A stretch of DNA of 64,000 nt from FCB group bacterium (GCA_013152375.1 JAADGM010000085.1:4358-68357), one strand, 5' to 3'; positions 1-11,328 are shown, numbered from the stretch's first letter. Made by a program: numbers and translations. Notes: generated by a model not told the origin, from the letters alone.

Positions 1-1
1 G

Positions 2-562
2 ATCCACGAACTGAACCATCTCTATCTGCACCGCATCCCCAATTTTGGGATATCTCCGGCCTGGTATATCGAGGGACTGGCCATGCGGGAGTCAGGTGAG
101 ATGTCCCTGGTGCAGAAAGTCAAAATTTCCCGGGCACGCTGGAGCCGTAAATTGATTCCGCTGAACAAAATGAACAGCATGGGCGCTCTGCGGAATTGGG
201 AGGTCAATCAGGCCTACGGGCAGTCCGCGGCGGCCGTATATGCCATGCTCTATTACTATGGAGAGACGGTACACCGGGAGATCCTGGATTCCATGCGGTC
301 CAAGGCAAAAGGGTCTGTTACATTTGCCGACCTGTTCAAGCAGGTGACCGGTGATGACCTCCTCGATTTTCAGGAGAAATACGACCGCTACATCAAAGAT
401 AATTATGACTGGATGTTCCTCCTGCAGACCTCCAATCTGGTTTTTGTAGTTCTGCCGGTGATCCTGGTTGCAGGCTATTATTTTATGCGGCGGAGAAATC
501 GGAAAAAAGTGCGGCTGTGGGAAATTGAAGAAGAACTGGAGGATCTGTATCGGGATACATGA
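2..562 (+). CDS. 5'-truncated putative zinc metallopeptidase (peptidase MA-like) with a C-terminal membrane anchor
   Basis: The frame is open from the window edge. My translation from nt 2 reads IHELNHLYLHRIP..., which contains an HExxH motif (HELNH). It runs in frame into the listed ORF 83..562. The tail has a hydrophobic stretch (LVFVVLPVILVAGYYF) followed by RRRNRKK. Confidence 0.5.
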   Translation: MHELNHLYLHRIPNFGISPAWYIEGLAMRESGEMSLVQKVKISRARWSRKLIPLNKMNSMGALRNWEVNQAYGQSAAAVYAMLYYYGETVHREILDSMRSKAKGSVTFADLFKQVTGDDLLDFQEKYDRYIKDNYDWMFLLQTSNLVFVVLPVILVAGYYFMRRRNRKKVRLWEIEEELEDLYRDT

Positions 563-601
563 GCCTGAGCATCAATACCAAATGCTGAAATTTATACAGT
601 T

Positions 602-1498
602 ATGAAAATAAATCCGAAAAAATTAATCTTGCCCGTCTGTGCGGTGCTGGTTGTCCTGCTGCCCGGTCAAACCTCTTTTCAGGCCCTGGATGTGCCGGTC
701 ACGGCTGAAATCCTGGGATTTTCAGGCGGGCATTCTTCCGTTTCATCCAATGAGGTGGCGTCCAACCCTGCAGCTCTCGCTGCCAAAAGACCCGGGGTAC
801 AACTGAACTATGCCCTCTATCCGGCCTCCATCCGGTTTCATTATCTCTCTGCCGTCGTCCCTTTTGCAGACGGCATCGCCGGGGTCTCTCTGCTTAATCT
901 CGATTACGGCACCCTGCAAGACAGCGAAACACAGAACAGCTTTACAGCCGGAGACATCGTTATCCGGGCAGCCTGGAAATCCACTTTTCTGAACAGCTTT
1001 TCATACGGTGTGTCGGTGAAATACTTTTACAGCAAACTGGAGACCGCCACGGCTTCCGGAATAGCGTTGGATGCGGGACTCCGCACGCGGCTGGTGAACC
1101 GGCGGCTGGGGCTCGGCCTCTCTCTGGAAAATGCCGGCGGCGTATTTTCCGCTTACGGCAGTTACCGTGAAAAACTGCCCCTGGCTTTCAGAGTGGCGGT
1201 GGATTACAGACCCAGGCACCTGCCGGCGATCCTCAGTATTGATGCGGTAAATTATCGCTATGATGATCTCCGCTATATCGGGGCTGTAGAGTTTTTCACT
1301 TCGGAAAATGTCACGCTCCGCCTGAGTACCAGCAGTTACAAGCAAGACCTGGAAACCGGGGATTATAATGAAAAATTTATTTCGGGAATGGCCGGCGGTT
1401 TCGGGATAAACTTCAAACGGTTTAAACTTGACGTCGGCTTCCAGGATCTGGGCTCGGCGGGAGTGGTCACGGCCTTCAGCCTGAAATACGGCTTATGA
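602..1498 (+). CDS. Secreted outer-membrane beta-barrel-like protein, uncharacterised
   Basis: N-terminal signal peptide (LILPVCAVLVVLLPGQTSFQA). Alternating-polarity, Gly/Ser/aromatic-rich sequence. C-terminal ...VVTAFSLKYGL is typical of barrel-closing strands. Confidence 0.45.
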   Translation: MKINPKKLILPVCAVLVVLLPGQTSFQALDVPVTAEILGFSGGHSSVSSNEVASNPAALAAKRPGVQLNYALYPASIRFHYLSAVVPFADGIAGVSLLNLDYGTLQDSETQNSFTAGDIVIRAAWKSTFLNSFSYGVSVKYFYSKLETATASGIALDAGLRTRLVNRRLGLGLSLENAGGVFSAYGSYREKLPLAFRVAVDYRPRHLPAILSIDAVNYRYDDLRYIGAVEFFTSENVTLRLSTSSYKQDLETGDYNEKFISGMAGGFGINFKRFKLDVGFQDLGSAGVVTAFSLKYGL

Positions 1499-1533
1499 TA
1501 AAATATGCCTGCCTGTAAAGGCCCGGCGTTCCC

Positions 1534-2946
1534 TTACTGCCCCACATACCGGTTATGAAATTCAATCCACTTTGGCAGGACCTCTTCCAGCAGCTCTCCC
1601 GGCGGTAAAAAGGCGATACGCAGATGAGAAGTGCCCTCCTTCTGTCCGAACCCTGAACCGTTCACCGTACAGAGTCCCGTAGTTTCCAGCAGGCTCATGC
1701 AGTAATCAAAATCCGTTTTCCCCCTTGGAAGCAGATCCAGGCGGGGAAAAAGATACATGGCGCCGATGCGCCCGAAGGACTCAACCCCGGCCATTTTTTT
1801 GAAAGCCGCTTTGATCAGCGTGGCCTTTCTCAACAGTTCATCCAGGATGTAATTTTTCTCACGAAGATGGTTTTCATAGGACGGATCACCGGGGCGGGGT
1901 GGCGAGACCATGAGATAGGTCAGGATCTGTCCGACGGTATTTGAGCACAGACTCACTGAAGCGAGTTTCTGCAGCACATCAAGGAAGGTGAGGATTGAAT
2001 TCCTGACGGCGGGAGCATTCCGCACTTCAAGGTAGCCGCCTCTGTGACCACATTCCCCGGAATAGCCCTTTGAAATACTGTGCAGGCTGAAGAGGGGAAC
2101 GGCCCGCTTGCCCAAAACTGCGGCGAAGGAACGGAAGGATGCGCCGTACATGTTCTCCTGGTAAACTTCGTCAGCGACTATGGCCAGGCCTTTTTCGTCA
2201 GCGAACTCGATTACTTCTCGTATAGTATTTTCGTCGGCAATGGCGCCGGTGGGATTGCCGGGATTGATGACGACGATGCATTTCACGGTAATGCCCCTCG
2301 CAGTGGCCGACCCATAAGCTTCTTCGAGAATATCCCGGTCGATCTTCCAGCCCCGGTCTTCATCGGGATAATAATTGACCTGTGTGCCGCCGCATTTTCG
2401 TATCGTTGCCGAATAAAGCGGATATTGGGGAATGGGGATCATGATACCGTCGGCAGGGTCTGAAATGAGCAGCTCAAGGATATATTTTGCTCCCTCGCTG
2501 GCGCCATTCGTCAGGAAGATCCGGTCAGGGTCTGCCGGTACAAAATCTACTGCCGCCGGCCGGTCTCGTTCATCGATGAACCGGGCAATGGCTTCGCGGA
2601 TAAACCGGGGACCGCTGCTGGCGGTGTAGGCGCCGGTGCCCGAGGGCATGTTCTTCAGGATCGTTTCGGCGGTTGACAGGATATCTTCTGCCAAACCTCC
2701 CCCAGAGTTTAAACCGGCTTTTTTCTTTGTCAGATTGTCCGGGGGATTCACCACCAGACTCAAAACCTGACGGTAGAATGAGAGGGGTTTCTGACCCAGC
2801 GCCTGCGGGTTGCCGATATTGCAGGGGATGGTTTTAAAGCCGGCTTTTTCCAACTGTGCCGCCCGTTGGGGAATGGCACCGCGAACGGCATATTCCATCT
2901 CCAGAATATTTTGATTGATTACCACGGGTTGTAAAGATTTGTTCAT
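1534..2946 (-). CDS. Class I/II PLP aminotransferase, alanine-aminotransferase type
   Basis: 470 aa. The N-terminus (LEMEYAVRGAIPQRAAQLEKAG...IPCNIGNPQALGQKPLSFYRQVL) and the SISKGY..ECGHRGGY block carrying the PLP lysine are characteristic of ALT-type transaminases. Confidence 0.85.
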   Translation of the reverse strand: MNKSLQPVVINQNILEMEYAVRGAIPQRAAQLEKAGFKTIPCNIGNPQALGQKPLSFYRQVLSLVVNPPDNLTKKKAGLNSGGGLAEDILSTAETILKNMPSGTGAYTASSGPRFIREAIARFIDERDRPAAVDFVPADPDRIFLTNGASEGAKYILELLISDPADGIMIPIPQYPLYSATIRKCGGTQVNYYPDEDRGWKIDRDILEEAYGSATARGITVKCIVVINPGNPTGAIADENTIREVIEFADEKGLAIVADEVYQENMYGASFRSFAAVLGKRAVPLFSLHSISKGYSGECGHRGGYLEVRNAPAVRNSILTFLDVLQKLASVSLCSNTVGQILTYLMVSPPRPGDPSYENHLREKNYILDELLRKATLIKAAFKKMAGVESFGRIGAMYLFPRLDLLPRGKTDFDYCMSLLETTGLCTVNGSGFGQKEGTSHLRIAFLPPGELLEEVLPKWIEFHNRYVGQ

Positions 2947-3125
2947 CTAAAAGCTCCAACGCTACGCTATAAAATGCATTATTATCTTGAAATAAACGCC
3001 GTAAAATTAACCCGGAATCACGGATATTATTCAGTGGATTAAATTGGCATTAACCCTGGGGCAAGCCTGCTGCATGAACGGCATATCTGCTGAATGAACC
3101 CTGGTGCATCTGCAGAAAGCTCTAA

Positions 3126-3734
3126 TTGAAGGAAATGAAAATGTTGAAAGACCTGGTTCAAAAAACCAGAAGCTGCCGGCGTTTTAAACCCGGAATTATC
3201 GAGAAACAAATTCTTATGGATCTCGTTGACCTTGCTCGATTGACCGGCTGTGCGAAAAACATGCAGACGATCAGGTATCTGCTTGCAGGCGATGCCGGAC
3301 TGAACCGTCAGATCTATGACACACTGGCCTGGGCCGGTTTCCTGAAAGACTGGCCCGGTCCCGTACCCGCCGAGCGACCGGGAGCCTATATTATCATGAC
3401 TCACGACACTCAGCTTCCCAATCGCTGGATCGATTATGATCTCGGGATTGCCGCCCAGACGATTTTACTGGGAGCCACTGAGCTGGGTTTGGGCGGCTGC
3501 ATTGTGGCAGCGATCCGCAAAGAAAAATTGCGCCGGGTGCTCAGGCTGAACGACCGCTACGAAATCAAACTTGTACTGGCACTGGGGATTCCCAAAGAGA
3601 AGATCGTTATCGATACCGTGGGGGCTGACGGAGATACCCGCTACTGGCGGGAACCCGATATGACGCACCACGTGCCCAAACGCAGTCTTGAAACGATCAT
3701 ACTGGAAATTCCGGCCATATCTCAAACGGAATGA
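3126..3734 (+). CDS. Nitroreductase family protein
   Basis: The N-terminal TRSCRRF motif, the DLGIAAQTILLGATELGLGGC block and the ~200 aa size fit the NADH/FMN nitroreductase fold. The start could instead be one of the internal Met codons a few codons downstream. Confidence 0.7.
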   Translation: MKEMKMLKDLVQKTRSCRRFKPGIIEKQILMDLVDLARLTGCAKNMQTIRYLLAGDAGLNRQIYDTLAWAGFLKDWPGPVPAERPGAYIIMTHDTQLPNRWIDYDLGIAAQTILLGATELGLGGCIVAAIRKEKLRRVLRLNDRYEIKLVLALGIPKEKIVIDTVGADGDTRYWREPDMTHHVPKRSLETIILEIPAISQTE

Positions 3735-3791
3735 CGGGCGGAAAACAGCATCGGTTCCGTTAAAGGGAAAAATCGTATCTTTACGCCCCTG

Positions 3792-3826
3792 TTTGCAGGA
3801 GAAAACCGGACTTTTCTGCAAATTTT
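3792..3826 (+). terminator. Possible intrinsic terminator after the nitroreductase gene
   Basis: Imperfect hairpin tttgcaggagaaaa / ccggac / ttttctgcaaa (6 bp, a bulge, then 5 bp) followed by tttt. The stem is interrupted, so support is weak. Confidence 0.3.
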
Positions 3827-3919
3827 ACTTTGAAGGGCTGAAAATTACATGAGACAACCGCCGAACAGAAAATATCGGAATCCGGATTCATCAGGAAACG
3901 GAGTGGACCCAGAACAAAC

Positions 3920-4909
3920 ATGAAAACAGAAAAACACAAATGGATTAAAAAATTCCTGCTGCTCATAGCGGCAAAACCCAACATTCTCGTTGGCGGGCAA
4001 GCCGTGATCGAAGGGGTGATGATGCGGGTTCCCGGGGCGTATGCCACAGCCGTACGGGACCCCAAAGGTATCATTCAAACCGACCGCAGTGAGTTTCGGT
4101 CCGTCACCGAACGAAAACCGAAATTGAAAAAGCCGATATTACGCGGGGTAATAGGTCTTTTTGAAGCCCTGAAGATTGGGATGAAAACCCTCCAATGGTC
4201 TGCCGATGTGGCCATGCCTGAAGAATCGGAAAAACCCAAAAACAAATTTTTAGAAAGTCTCACAACCGTCTTTGCCGTAGCCCTGGCACTGGGCCTTTTC
4301 TTCGCTGCCCCAATCGGACTGACAACCTGGTTATTCGATAAGGACAACGATCCTTTCACTTTTAATCTGATCTCCGGCGTCTTCCGGATTGTCTTTTTTC
4401 TGGTTTATCTCCTCATCATCTCACTATTGAAGGATGTCCGGCGTCTTTTCCAGTATCACGGCGCAGAGCACAAAACGGTTTTCACCTTTGAAGCCGGGAA
4501 GCCCCTGACCGTTGAAAACACCCGGGAATTTTCCACGCTGCACCCGCGCTGCGGGACCAGTTTTCTTTTCATCATAATGCTGGTTGCCATCCTGACTTTT
4601 GCCGTCATCGATTCCATACTCGTTCTCATCGTAGGTGATATCAAGGTCTGGATGCGTCTCATCCTCCACCTGCCCCTCATTCCTCTGGTGGCGGGAGTGG
4701 GGTATGAGGTGCTCAAACTCACCGCCAGTCATCGGGACAAGGCCTTTTTCAGGATGCTGTCTGCGCCGGGACTGTGGCTGCAGAAGATCACCACCAAACC
4801 CCCTGATGACGGGCAGCTCGAAGTTGCGGTGGAATCTCTCAAGGCGGCTTTTGGGGAGAAGCTTGCCGACTATGAAGGCCGGAAATTTACAGCGGAGGCC
4901 ATCGGCTGA
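3920..4909 (+). CDS. DUF1385 family membrane protein, usually found next to prfA/prmC
   Basis: [13 protein letters not shown] and YHGAEHK motifs plus several hydrophobic helices. The stop overlaps the prfA start (TGATG). Confidence 0.8.
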   Translation: MKTEKHKWIKKFLLLIAAKPNILVGGQAVIEGVMMRVPGAYATAVRDPKGIIQTDRSEFRSVTERKPKLKKPILRGVIGLFEALKIGMKTLQWSADVAMPEESEKPKNKFLESLTTVFAVALALGLFFAAPIGLTTWLFDKDNDPFTFNLISGVFRIVFFLVYLLIISLLKDVRRLFQYHGAEHKTVFTFEAGKPLTVENTREFSTLHPRCGTSFLFIIMLVAILTFAVIDSILVLIVGDIKVWMRLILHLPLIPLVAGVGYEVLKLTASHRDKAFFRMLSAPGLWLQKITTKPPDDGQLEVAVESLKAAFGEKLADYEGRKFTAEAIG

Positions 4910-5982
4910 TGATTGACAAAGCAAAAGCGATTCTGGATCAGTTCCGTGAGCTGGACGAACAGCTTCGTCAGCCGGATATTACTGCGGACCTGAAAAAATA
5001 CCAGCGGCTCATGCGCGAACGACGCCACATGGAAGAACTCGCTGAAAAAGCCGGCCGGTATGTTGAGCTGTCGGAGCAGCTAAGCGAGGACGAAGAAATT
5101 CTCCAGGGGGACGATGACGAATTGAAGGAACTGGTCAAGGATGAGATCGGGGGGCTGAAAACCGCTCTGGCTGAGCTGGAGGAGAGGCTGAAAGTCCTGT
5201 TGATCCCCAAAGACCCGGATGATGACAAAAACACAATTCTCGAAATTCGCAGCGGTACGGGCGGGGAAGAAGCAGCCCTTTTTGCCGCCGACCTCTATCG
5301 GATGTACATGCGCTACGCCGAACAGCGCAACTGGAAAACCGAACTGCTGGACATGAGCGGGTCTGAAACCGGCGGGATCAAAGAGGTCATCGTCAGTATC
5401 ATCGGTGACGGTGCCTATGGTGATCTAAAATTTGAATCCGGCGTTCACCGGGTGCAGAGGGTTCCGGTGACCGAATCCAGCGGCCGGTTACACACCAGCG
5501 CGGCCACTGTCGCGGTGCTGCCGGAAGCGGAAGAAGTAGACCTGGAGATCAATGACGAAGACCTGAAAATCGATACCTACCGGGCGTCCGGTGCCGGTGG
5601 TCAGCATGTGAACAAAACCGAATCTGCGATCCGCATCACCCATCTTCCTTCGGGATTGGTCGTCACCTGCCAGGATGAAAAATCCCAGCACAAAAACCGG
5701 GAGAGAGCGCTGAAGGTCCTGCGGTCACGGCTTTATGAAATGAAACAGAAAAAACTCGCCGATGAAAGGGCGAAAACCCGCAAATCCATGGTGTCCACAG
5801 GCGATCGCAGCGCCAAGATCCGTACTTATAATTTCCCCCAGGGCCGCCTGACGGATCATCGCATCAATCTCACGCTTTACAAGCTCACCGCCATCCTCGA
5901 CGGAGACCTGTCTGAGGTCATCGAAGCCCTCAAGATCGAAGATATGAAAATTAAAATGGATGAGGCCAGAGTCACAGTGTGA
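4909..5982 (+). CDS. prfA: Peptide chain release factor 1
   Basis: 357 aa. GGQ motif ([21 protein letters not shown]). RF1-type tripeptide context (RVPVTES). Confidence 0.95.
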   Translation: MIDKAKAILDQFRELDEQLRQPDITADLKKYQRLMRERRHMEELAEKAGRYVELSEQLSEDEEILQGDDDELKELVKDEIGGLKTALAELEERLKVLLIPKDPDDDKNTILEIRSGTGGEEAALFAADLYRMYMRYAEQRNWKTELLDMSGSETGGIKEVIVSIIGDGAYGDLKFESGVHRVQRVPVTESSGRLHTSAATVAVLPEAEEVDLEINDEDLKIDTYRASGAGGQHVNKTESAIRITHLPSGLVVTCQDEKSQHKNRERALKVLRSRLYEMKQKKLADERAKTRKSMVSTGDRSAKIRTYNFPQGRLTDHRINLTLYKLTAILDGDLSEVIEALKIEDMKIKMDEARVTV

Positions 5983-6827
5983 CCGCAGCAGATTCTAAAA
6001 TCTGGCGTATCATCGACCTCATCAAATGGGGTGAGGACTACTTCAAGTCGCACAACATCCCCAACGCCCGTCGTGAATTGGAATGGTTTCTGGGGAATAT
6101 TTTAGACTTGAAGCGAATTGACCTCTATCTGCAGTTTGAACAGCCCCTCTCGCAGGCCGAGCTGGACACCTTCAGATCTTTTGTCCTGCGCCGTATCAAA
6201 GGCGAACCCTTCCAGCATATTATCGGTATTGCGCCCTTTTATGGCCGGGATTTCAAAGTCACCGAGTCGGTTCTTGTCCCCCGTCCTGAAACAGAATTGA
6301 TCATTGAAATCCTGAAAAAAAACGGCCGTGTCGGCTCTGTGCTCGAGATCGGTACCGGATCGGGATGTATTGCTGTCACCGTATTGCTGGAAAACCTGGC
6401 AGACAGAGTGATCGCAACCGATGTTTCAAAATCGGCCCTGGCGATTGCGAGAGAAAATGCGGAAAGACACAAAGTTTCACAGATATCCTTTCGACATCAT
6501 GATTTTCTTCAGGATGATATCAGCAGTACTTTCGATGCGGTGCTTTCCAATCCGCCGTATATTGGAGTGAGTGAACTGAGCGGCCTGCAGCCGGAAGTGA
6601 GAGACCATGATCCCCGGCAGGCGCTCACGGACGGCGCCGACGGCCTGACCTTTTATCGGCAGTTTGCCCGGCGGAGAGCGCTGTTGAATGAAGGAGGCTG
6701 CATGCTGCTGGAGATTGGCGGGGAACATCAGGTTCCGGCACTTGAAAAAATATTTCAGACTGCCGGATTGAACCTGACCATTCATAACGATCTGCAGGGA
6801 ATCCCCCGGGTGGCGGAGATCAGATGA
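5979..6827 (+). CDS. prmC: Release-factor glutamine N5-methyltransferase
   Basis: NPPY catalytic motif (SNPPYIG) and SAM-binding motif ([11 protein letters not shown]). There is a 4-nt overlap with prfA. Confidence 0.9.
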   Translation: MTAADSKIWRIIDLIKWGEDYFKSHNIPNARRELEWFLGNILDLKRIDLYLQFEQPLSQAELDTFRSFVLRRIKGEPFQHIIGIAPFYGRDFKVTESVLVPRPETELIIEILKKNGRVGSVLEIGTGSGCIAVTVLLENLADRVIATDVSKSALAIARENAERHKVSQISFRHHDFLQDDISSTFDAVLSNPPYIGVSELSGLQPEVRDHDPRQALTDGADGLTFYRQFARRRALLNEGGCMLLEIGGEHQVPALEKIFQTAGLNLTIHNDLQGIPRVAEIR

Positions 6828-6875
6828 TACCCTCTGTGAGAGAACTGTTTTGGGGAATTTTCGGAGCCGGGACAT

Positions 6876-7718
6876 ATGCCTGAATGGAGGGTTATCTGGC
6901 GGATGGTGCGCCCTTTGAATATGATGCTGGGAGTCCTGTCCGTGGCGATAACGGCCTGGCTGCTCAGGGCAGTTGATTTATCGGGACTACTGTTGGCTGG
7001 TGCCGTGGTGGCGCTGTTTACAGGCGGAGCCAATGTAACCAACGATGTTTTTGATTTTGAGATTGATAAGATCAATCGTCCTGATCGTCCCCTGCCTGCC
7101 GGAGAAATCAGTCGTTCAGCGGCGATCTTCCTGGCTGTTTGTCTGTACGCCGGCGGTATGATAGCGGCGTTTTTCCTCAGTCGTCCGGCTCAAATTATAG
7201 CTTTTGTTCTGGTCCTGCCCCTGCTGATTTTTTATACGCCGCTGCTCAAGAAAATACCTCTGTTGGGAAACATTACGATTGCAGCACTCCTTGGGACCGT
7301 TTTTTTGTTTGGTGAAGCCGCTTTGTCGTCAACTGTCGAAAAGATGTGGATCCCGGCAGCCCTTGCTTTCGGTTTGAGTCTTATCAGAGAACTTGTCAAA
7401 GACCAGCAGGATATTCCCGGCGACAGGGAACAGGGGATCAGCACCTTTCCCGCCAGATTTGGTCTTCGGGCATCCCTGGTCCTGGTGACGATCCTGGTGG
7501 CTTTGCTGTGCCTCCTGGCACCCTTGCCGTATGTGCGTGATCTTTACGGGAAATGGTATTTAATTTCACTCATTTTTGGTGTTGAGGTACCACTGATTCT
7601 CAGTATATTTTACCTCTGGAAAAATCCTACTTCCGCTGCATCTGGAAAAATCTCCGGTGTACTGAAATTGACCACCATTGCAGGGATGTTGGTGATCTTT
7701 CTTTCGAGATCGTCATAA
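6876..7718 (+). CDS. UbiA-superfamily prenyltransferase, DGGGP-synthase / chlorophyll-synthase-like subgroup
   Basis: 280 aa and polytopic. First Asp-rich motif: NDVFDFEIDKINRPDRPLPAG. Second Asp-rich motif: KDQQDIPGDRE. Confidence 0.8.
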   Translation: MPEWRVIWRMVRPLNMMLGVLSVAITAWLLRAVDLSGLLLAGAVVALFTGGANVTNDVFDFEIDKINRPDRPLPAGEISRSAAIFLAVCLYAGGMIAAFFLSRPAQIIAFVLVLPLLIFYTPLLKKIPLLGNITIAALLGTVFLFGEAALSSTVEKMWIPAALAFGLSLIRELVKDQQDIPGDREQGISTFPARFGLRASLVLVTILVALLCLLAPLPYVRDLYGKWYLISLIFGVEVPLILSIFYLWKNPTSAASGKISGVLKLTTIAGMLVIFLSRSS

Positions 7719-7881
7719 GGCTCCGGGTCCGGTTGAATTCCGGGCAGGATGTGTTTGGCTGCGCCAACAGGAGCCGCCGGCCTGCACAGGGATGCTGAGT
7801 CGAAAACCTGTACAAAATACATTTACAGCAAACCAATCGAGCTCCTGGTCAAATTATTAAGAGTTAAACTGTTGAAATTTA

Positions 7882-10800
7882 ATGTCTGAATTCGTTCATT
7901 TACACAATCATACTGACTTTTCATTATTGGATGCCGCACAATCCGTCGAGATGATGTGCCGCCGGCTGGACGATCTGAAAATGGACACCATTGCCGTTAC
8001 GGATCACGGTAATCTCTTCGCCATGCTGCCCTTTTACAAAACCGCCCGTAAAAAAGGCATTAAGCCCATCCTCGGCTGCGAGGTCTATGTCGCCGCCGGA
8101 AGCCGCCATGACCGGAAGCAGGTGCTGCAGCAGGGAGTGAAAAAATGGGGTTACCACCATCTGGTGCTCATCGTTCAGAACACAACCGGTTACCGAAATC
8201 TCATGAAGCTGGTTTCCCGGGGCTATTTGGAAGGATTTTACTATCGACCCCGGGTTGACAAAGAATTGCTGCGGCAGCTTAATGAAGGGCTGATCGCCTC
8301 CTCCGCCTGCCTGGCCGGCGAGGTGACAGGACATGCCGCCAGGGGGGATTATGAAGCTGCTAAAAAGGCTGCCCTTGAGTACGCCGAGATTTTTCCGGGT
8401 CGGTTTTACCTGGAGCTGCAGAATCACACAATCCCCGAGGAACTGGCCTCCCATGAAATCCTGAAGAAATTATCTCAGGAACTGGGGCTCCCGCTGCTTG
8501 CCACCAACGATAATCATTATGCAATGGAAGAACACTGGGAGGCCCATGACGCCCTGGTGTGCATCGGGAAAAATGCCGACATGAGTGATCCCCAGCGCCA
8601 GCGCTACGTTCCCCGGCAATTCTATATCAAGTCTGCAGATGAGATGGCTCAGCTTTTTAAAGATACACCTCAGGCGCTTGAAAATTCTCTGGCCATCGCA
8701 GAGCAGTGTGAAGTGGAGATACCCATGGGTACTCTGCATCTGCCCAAATTTCAAATTCCCGCCGAAGCCGGGACGCAGGATCCGGATGAATATCTGCGGA
8801 TGATCTGTGAACGGGGGCTGGCAGAACGCTATAAGCCCCTGACGCCTCAGATCCGACAGCGCCTGGACTATGAGCTGCAGGTCATCCGAAAAATGGGCTT
8901 TGCGGGGTATTTCCTGATCACCATGGATTTCGTACGCTATGCAAAAGACCATGCGATTCCGGTGGGTCCCGGACGAGGGTCCGCCGCCGGCTCTATCGTG
9001 GCCTATGTCACCGGGATCACCACGGTGGATCCCATCCAGTATGATCTGCTGTTTGAGCGTTTTCTCAATCCCGAGAGAGTCTCCATGCCGGACATCGACA
9101 TCGATTTCTGCATGGAAGGCCGGGGCAGAGTGATCGAATACATTAAGAAACGCTATGGAGAGGATTCCGTCTGTCAGATCATTACCTTCGGCAAGATGAA
9201 AGCCAAATCCGTCGTACGGGATGTGGGTCGCGTACTGGGGATGTCCTATGGCGAGGTGGACCGGATTGCAAAACTGATCCCCAATGAATTGAAAATGACC
9301 CTGTCCAAAGCATCAGAAGTCAGCAAAGAATTGGCGGAAGTTCCCAAAATTGACGAAAAACACCGGAAACTCCTGGAATATTCTCATGTTCTGGAGGGGC
9401 TCCACCGGCATGCTTCCACCCATGCGGCAGGAGTCCTGGTCGCCCCGGGGCCGCTGATGGATTATATTCCGTTGTACAAACCGGCCGGTTCCAATGATAT
9501 TACCACTCAGATCGAAATGGATTCACTTGAGGAGATGGGTCTGTTGAAAATGGATTTTCTGGGGCTCCGTAATTTGACCGTCATCGATAAAACCGTGCGC
9601 ATGATCCGGAAGAACCACGGTGTCGAGGTGGATATCGAGAACCTGAACCTTAACGATGAAAAAACCTTTGAGTTGTTTGCAAAAGGACACACGGTCGGTG
9701 TCTTTCAATTCGAATCCGGCGGCATGCGGGAATACCTGAAGCAGCTGCAGCCCACTTCAATTCATGATCTCATCGCCATGAATGCACTCTACCGGCCGGG
9801 GCCCATGAAAAATATCCCCGAATTCATCGCCCGCAAACATGGACGGCAGAAGATTTCCTATCTGCTGCCTCAGCTGGAGGACGTACTGAAAGAAACCTAC
9901 GGGATCATCGTTTATCAGGAACAGGTGATGCAGATCGCTTCACTGGTTGGGGGCTTTACATTGGCACAGGCCGATATGATGCGGCGGGTCATGAGTAAAA
10001 AGAAGGCCAAAGAGATGGCAGCCTTCAAAGTCGATTTTGTGGCAGGCGCCGAAAAACAAAATATCCCCCAAAAGAAAGCCGTTGAAATATTTGACCTCCT
10101 TGAAAGATTTGCCGAGTACGGGTTTAACAAAAGCCATTCTACGGCTTACGCCATTGTGGCCTACGAAACGGCCTGGCTGAAAGTACATTATCCTGCTGAA
10201 TTTATGGCCGCGAATATGAATTCGGATTCAGACACGCTGGATCGGGTCGTCACCCTTATAAATGAAGCGCGGGATATGGGAATCGAGGTACTTGCCCCGG
10301 ATGTGAATACTTCCTTTGCGGAGTTTGAAGCCACCAAAGAGGGTAAAATTGCCTATGGATTTTCGGCCACTAAAAATATTGGTCATAAAGCCGCCGAAGA
10401 GTTGGTTCGGGCCAGAACTGAAAAGGGTCCCTATCGATCGATTTTCGACCTTGTGCGATTCGGCAATCCCCAGATCATTAACCGCAAGGTGCTGGAAAGC
10501 CTCGTATTATCGGGTGCCTGTGACGGTCTGGAGGGTCACCGGGCCCAGCAGTTTGCCGCCCTTGACAGCCTTCTGCAGTTTGGACAGTCCATGCATGCCG
10601 AAAAAAATAAGGACCAGGTAGATCTGTTTGGGAACAGCATCAGCGAGGTAGTTACCGAACCTCCTTTGCCGGATGTGGAAGCATGGTCAGAGGCGGAATG
10701 TCTGGCCCGTGAAAAGGAACTCATCGGATTTTACCTGTCGGGGAACCCCCTCGATAAATTTGATGAGGACCTGCGGGAATTCAACAATGTTGATCTGGGG

Positions 10801-11328
10801 AACTGGGATAAGGAAAAACTTCCGGCAGAACTGCATGTCGGCGGGATTATCTCAGGCATAAAGAAACTCATCGACAAAAAGAACAAACAGTGGGCGATAC
10901 TCACCCTCACGGGACGGACCGGGCAGGCAGAAGTTTTTGTCTTCGCAAAACAATATTCCAAACTCGCAGACCGCCTTCACATAGATGCGCCCGTTTTCGT
11001 AAAGGGGGCCCTGTCAAAGCGAAACGGCGATGAAGAGGTGCTGAAAATTCTGGCGGATGATATTATACCCGTTACCCAGGCGCGGCAGTATTTCAGTCAC
11101 ACTGTCAATATACGCCTGCAAAGAGACGTCTCCGATAAAAATATTCTTGACGCGATCATGAAGCTGGTGGGTACGAACGGCGGTAATTGCAGCCTGGTTT
11201 TTCATCTAGTGAGATCAAAGGGGTCGGTTCAGAGAATCAAGGCCGGTAAAACAAGCGTCTCACCTGCTCCGGAGTTCATCGCCGGCCTGAGAAAAATTGT
11301 ACAACCGCAAAATGTATGGATTGACTGA
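7882..11328 (+). CDS. dnaE: DNA polymerase III alpha subunit
   Basis: 1148 aa. PHP-domain N-terminus (FVHLHNHTDFSLLD), polymerase core (PDIDIDF), and FNKSHSTAYA motif. Confidence 0.95.
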   Translation: MSEFVHLHNHTDFSLLDAAQSVEMMCRRLDDLKMDTIAVTDHGNLFAMLPFYKTARKKGIKPILGCEVYVAAGSRHDRKQVLQQGVKKWGYHHLVLIVQNTTGYRNLMKLVSRGYLEGFYYRPRVDKELLRQLNEGLIASSACLAGEVTGHAARGDYEAAKKAALEYAEIFPGRFYLELQNHTIPEELASHEILKKLSQELGLPLLATNDNHYAMEEHWEAHDALVCIGKNADMSDPQRQRYVPRQFYIKSADEMAQLFKDTPQALENSLAIAEQCEVEIPMGTLHLPKFQIPAEAGTQDPDEYLRMICERGLAERYKPLTPQIRQRLDYELQVIRKMGFAGYFLITMDFVRYAKDHAIPVGPGRGSAAGSIVAYVTGITTVDPIQYDLLFERFLNPERVSMPDIDIDFCMEGRGRVIEYIKKRYGEDSVCQIITFGKMKAKSVVRDVGRVLGMSYGEVDRIAKLIPNELKMTLSKASEVSKELAEVPKIDEKHRKLLEYSHVLEGLHRHASTHAAGVLVAPGPLMDYIPLYKPAGSNDITTQIEMDSLEEMGLLKMDFLGLRNLTVIDKTVRMIRKNHGVEVDIENLNLNDEKTFELFAKGHTVGVFQFESGGMREYLKQLQPTSIHDLIAMNALYRPGPMKNIPEFIARKHGRQKISYLLPQLEDVLKETYGIIVYQEQVMQIASLVGGFTLAQADMMRRVMSKKKAKEMAAFKVDFVAGAEKQNIPQKKAVEIFDLLERFAEYGFNKSHSTAYAIVAYETAWLKVHYPAEFMAANMNSDSDTLDRVVTLINEARDMGIEVLAPDVNTSFAEFEATKEGKIAYGFSATKNIGHKAAEELVRARTEKGPYRSIFDLVRFGNPQIINRKVLESLVLSGACDGLEGHRAQQFAALDSLLQFGQSMHAEKNKDQVDLFGNSISEVVTEPPLPDVEAWSEAECLAREKELIGFYLSGNPLDKFDEDLREFNNVDLGNWDKEKLPAELHVGGIISGIKKLIDKKNKQWAILTLTGRTGQAEVFVFAKQYSKLADRLHIDAPVFVKGALSKRNGDEEVLKILADDIIPVTQARQYFSHTVNIRLQRDVSDKNILDAIMKLVGTNGGNCSLVFHLVRSKGSVQRIKAGKTSVSPAPEFIAGLRKIVQPQNVWID

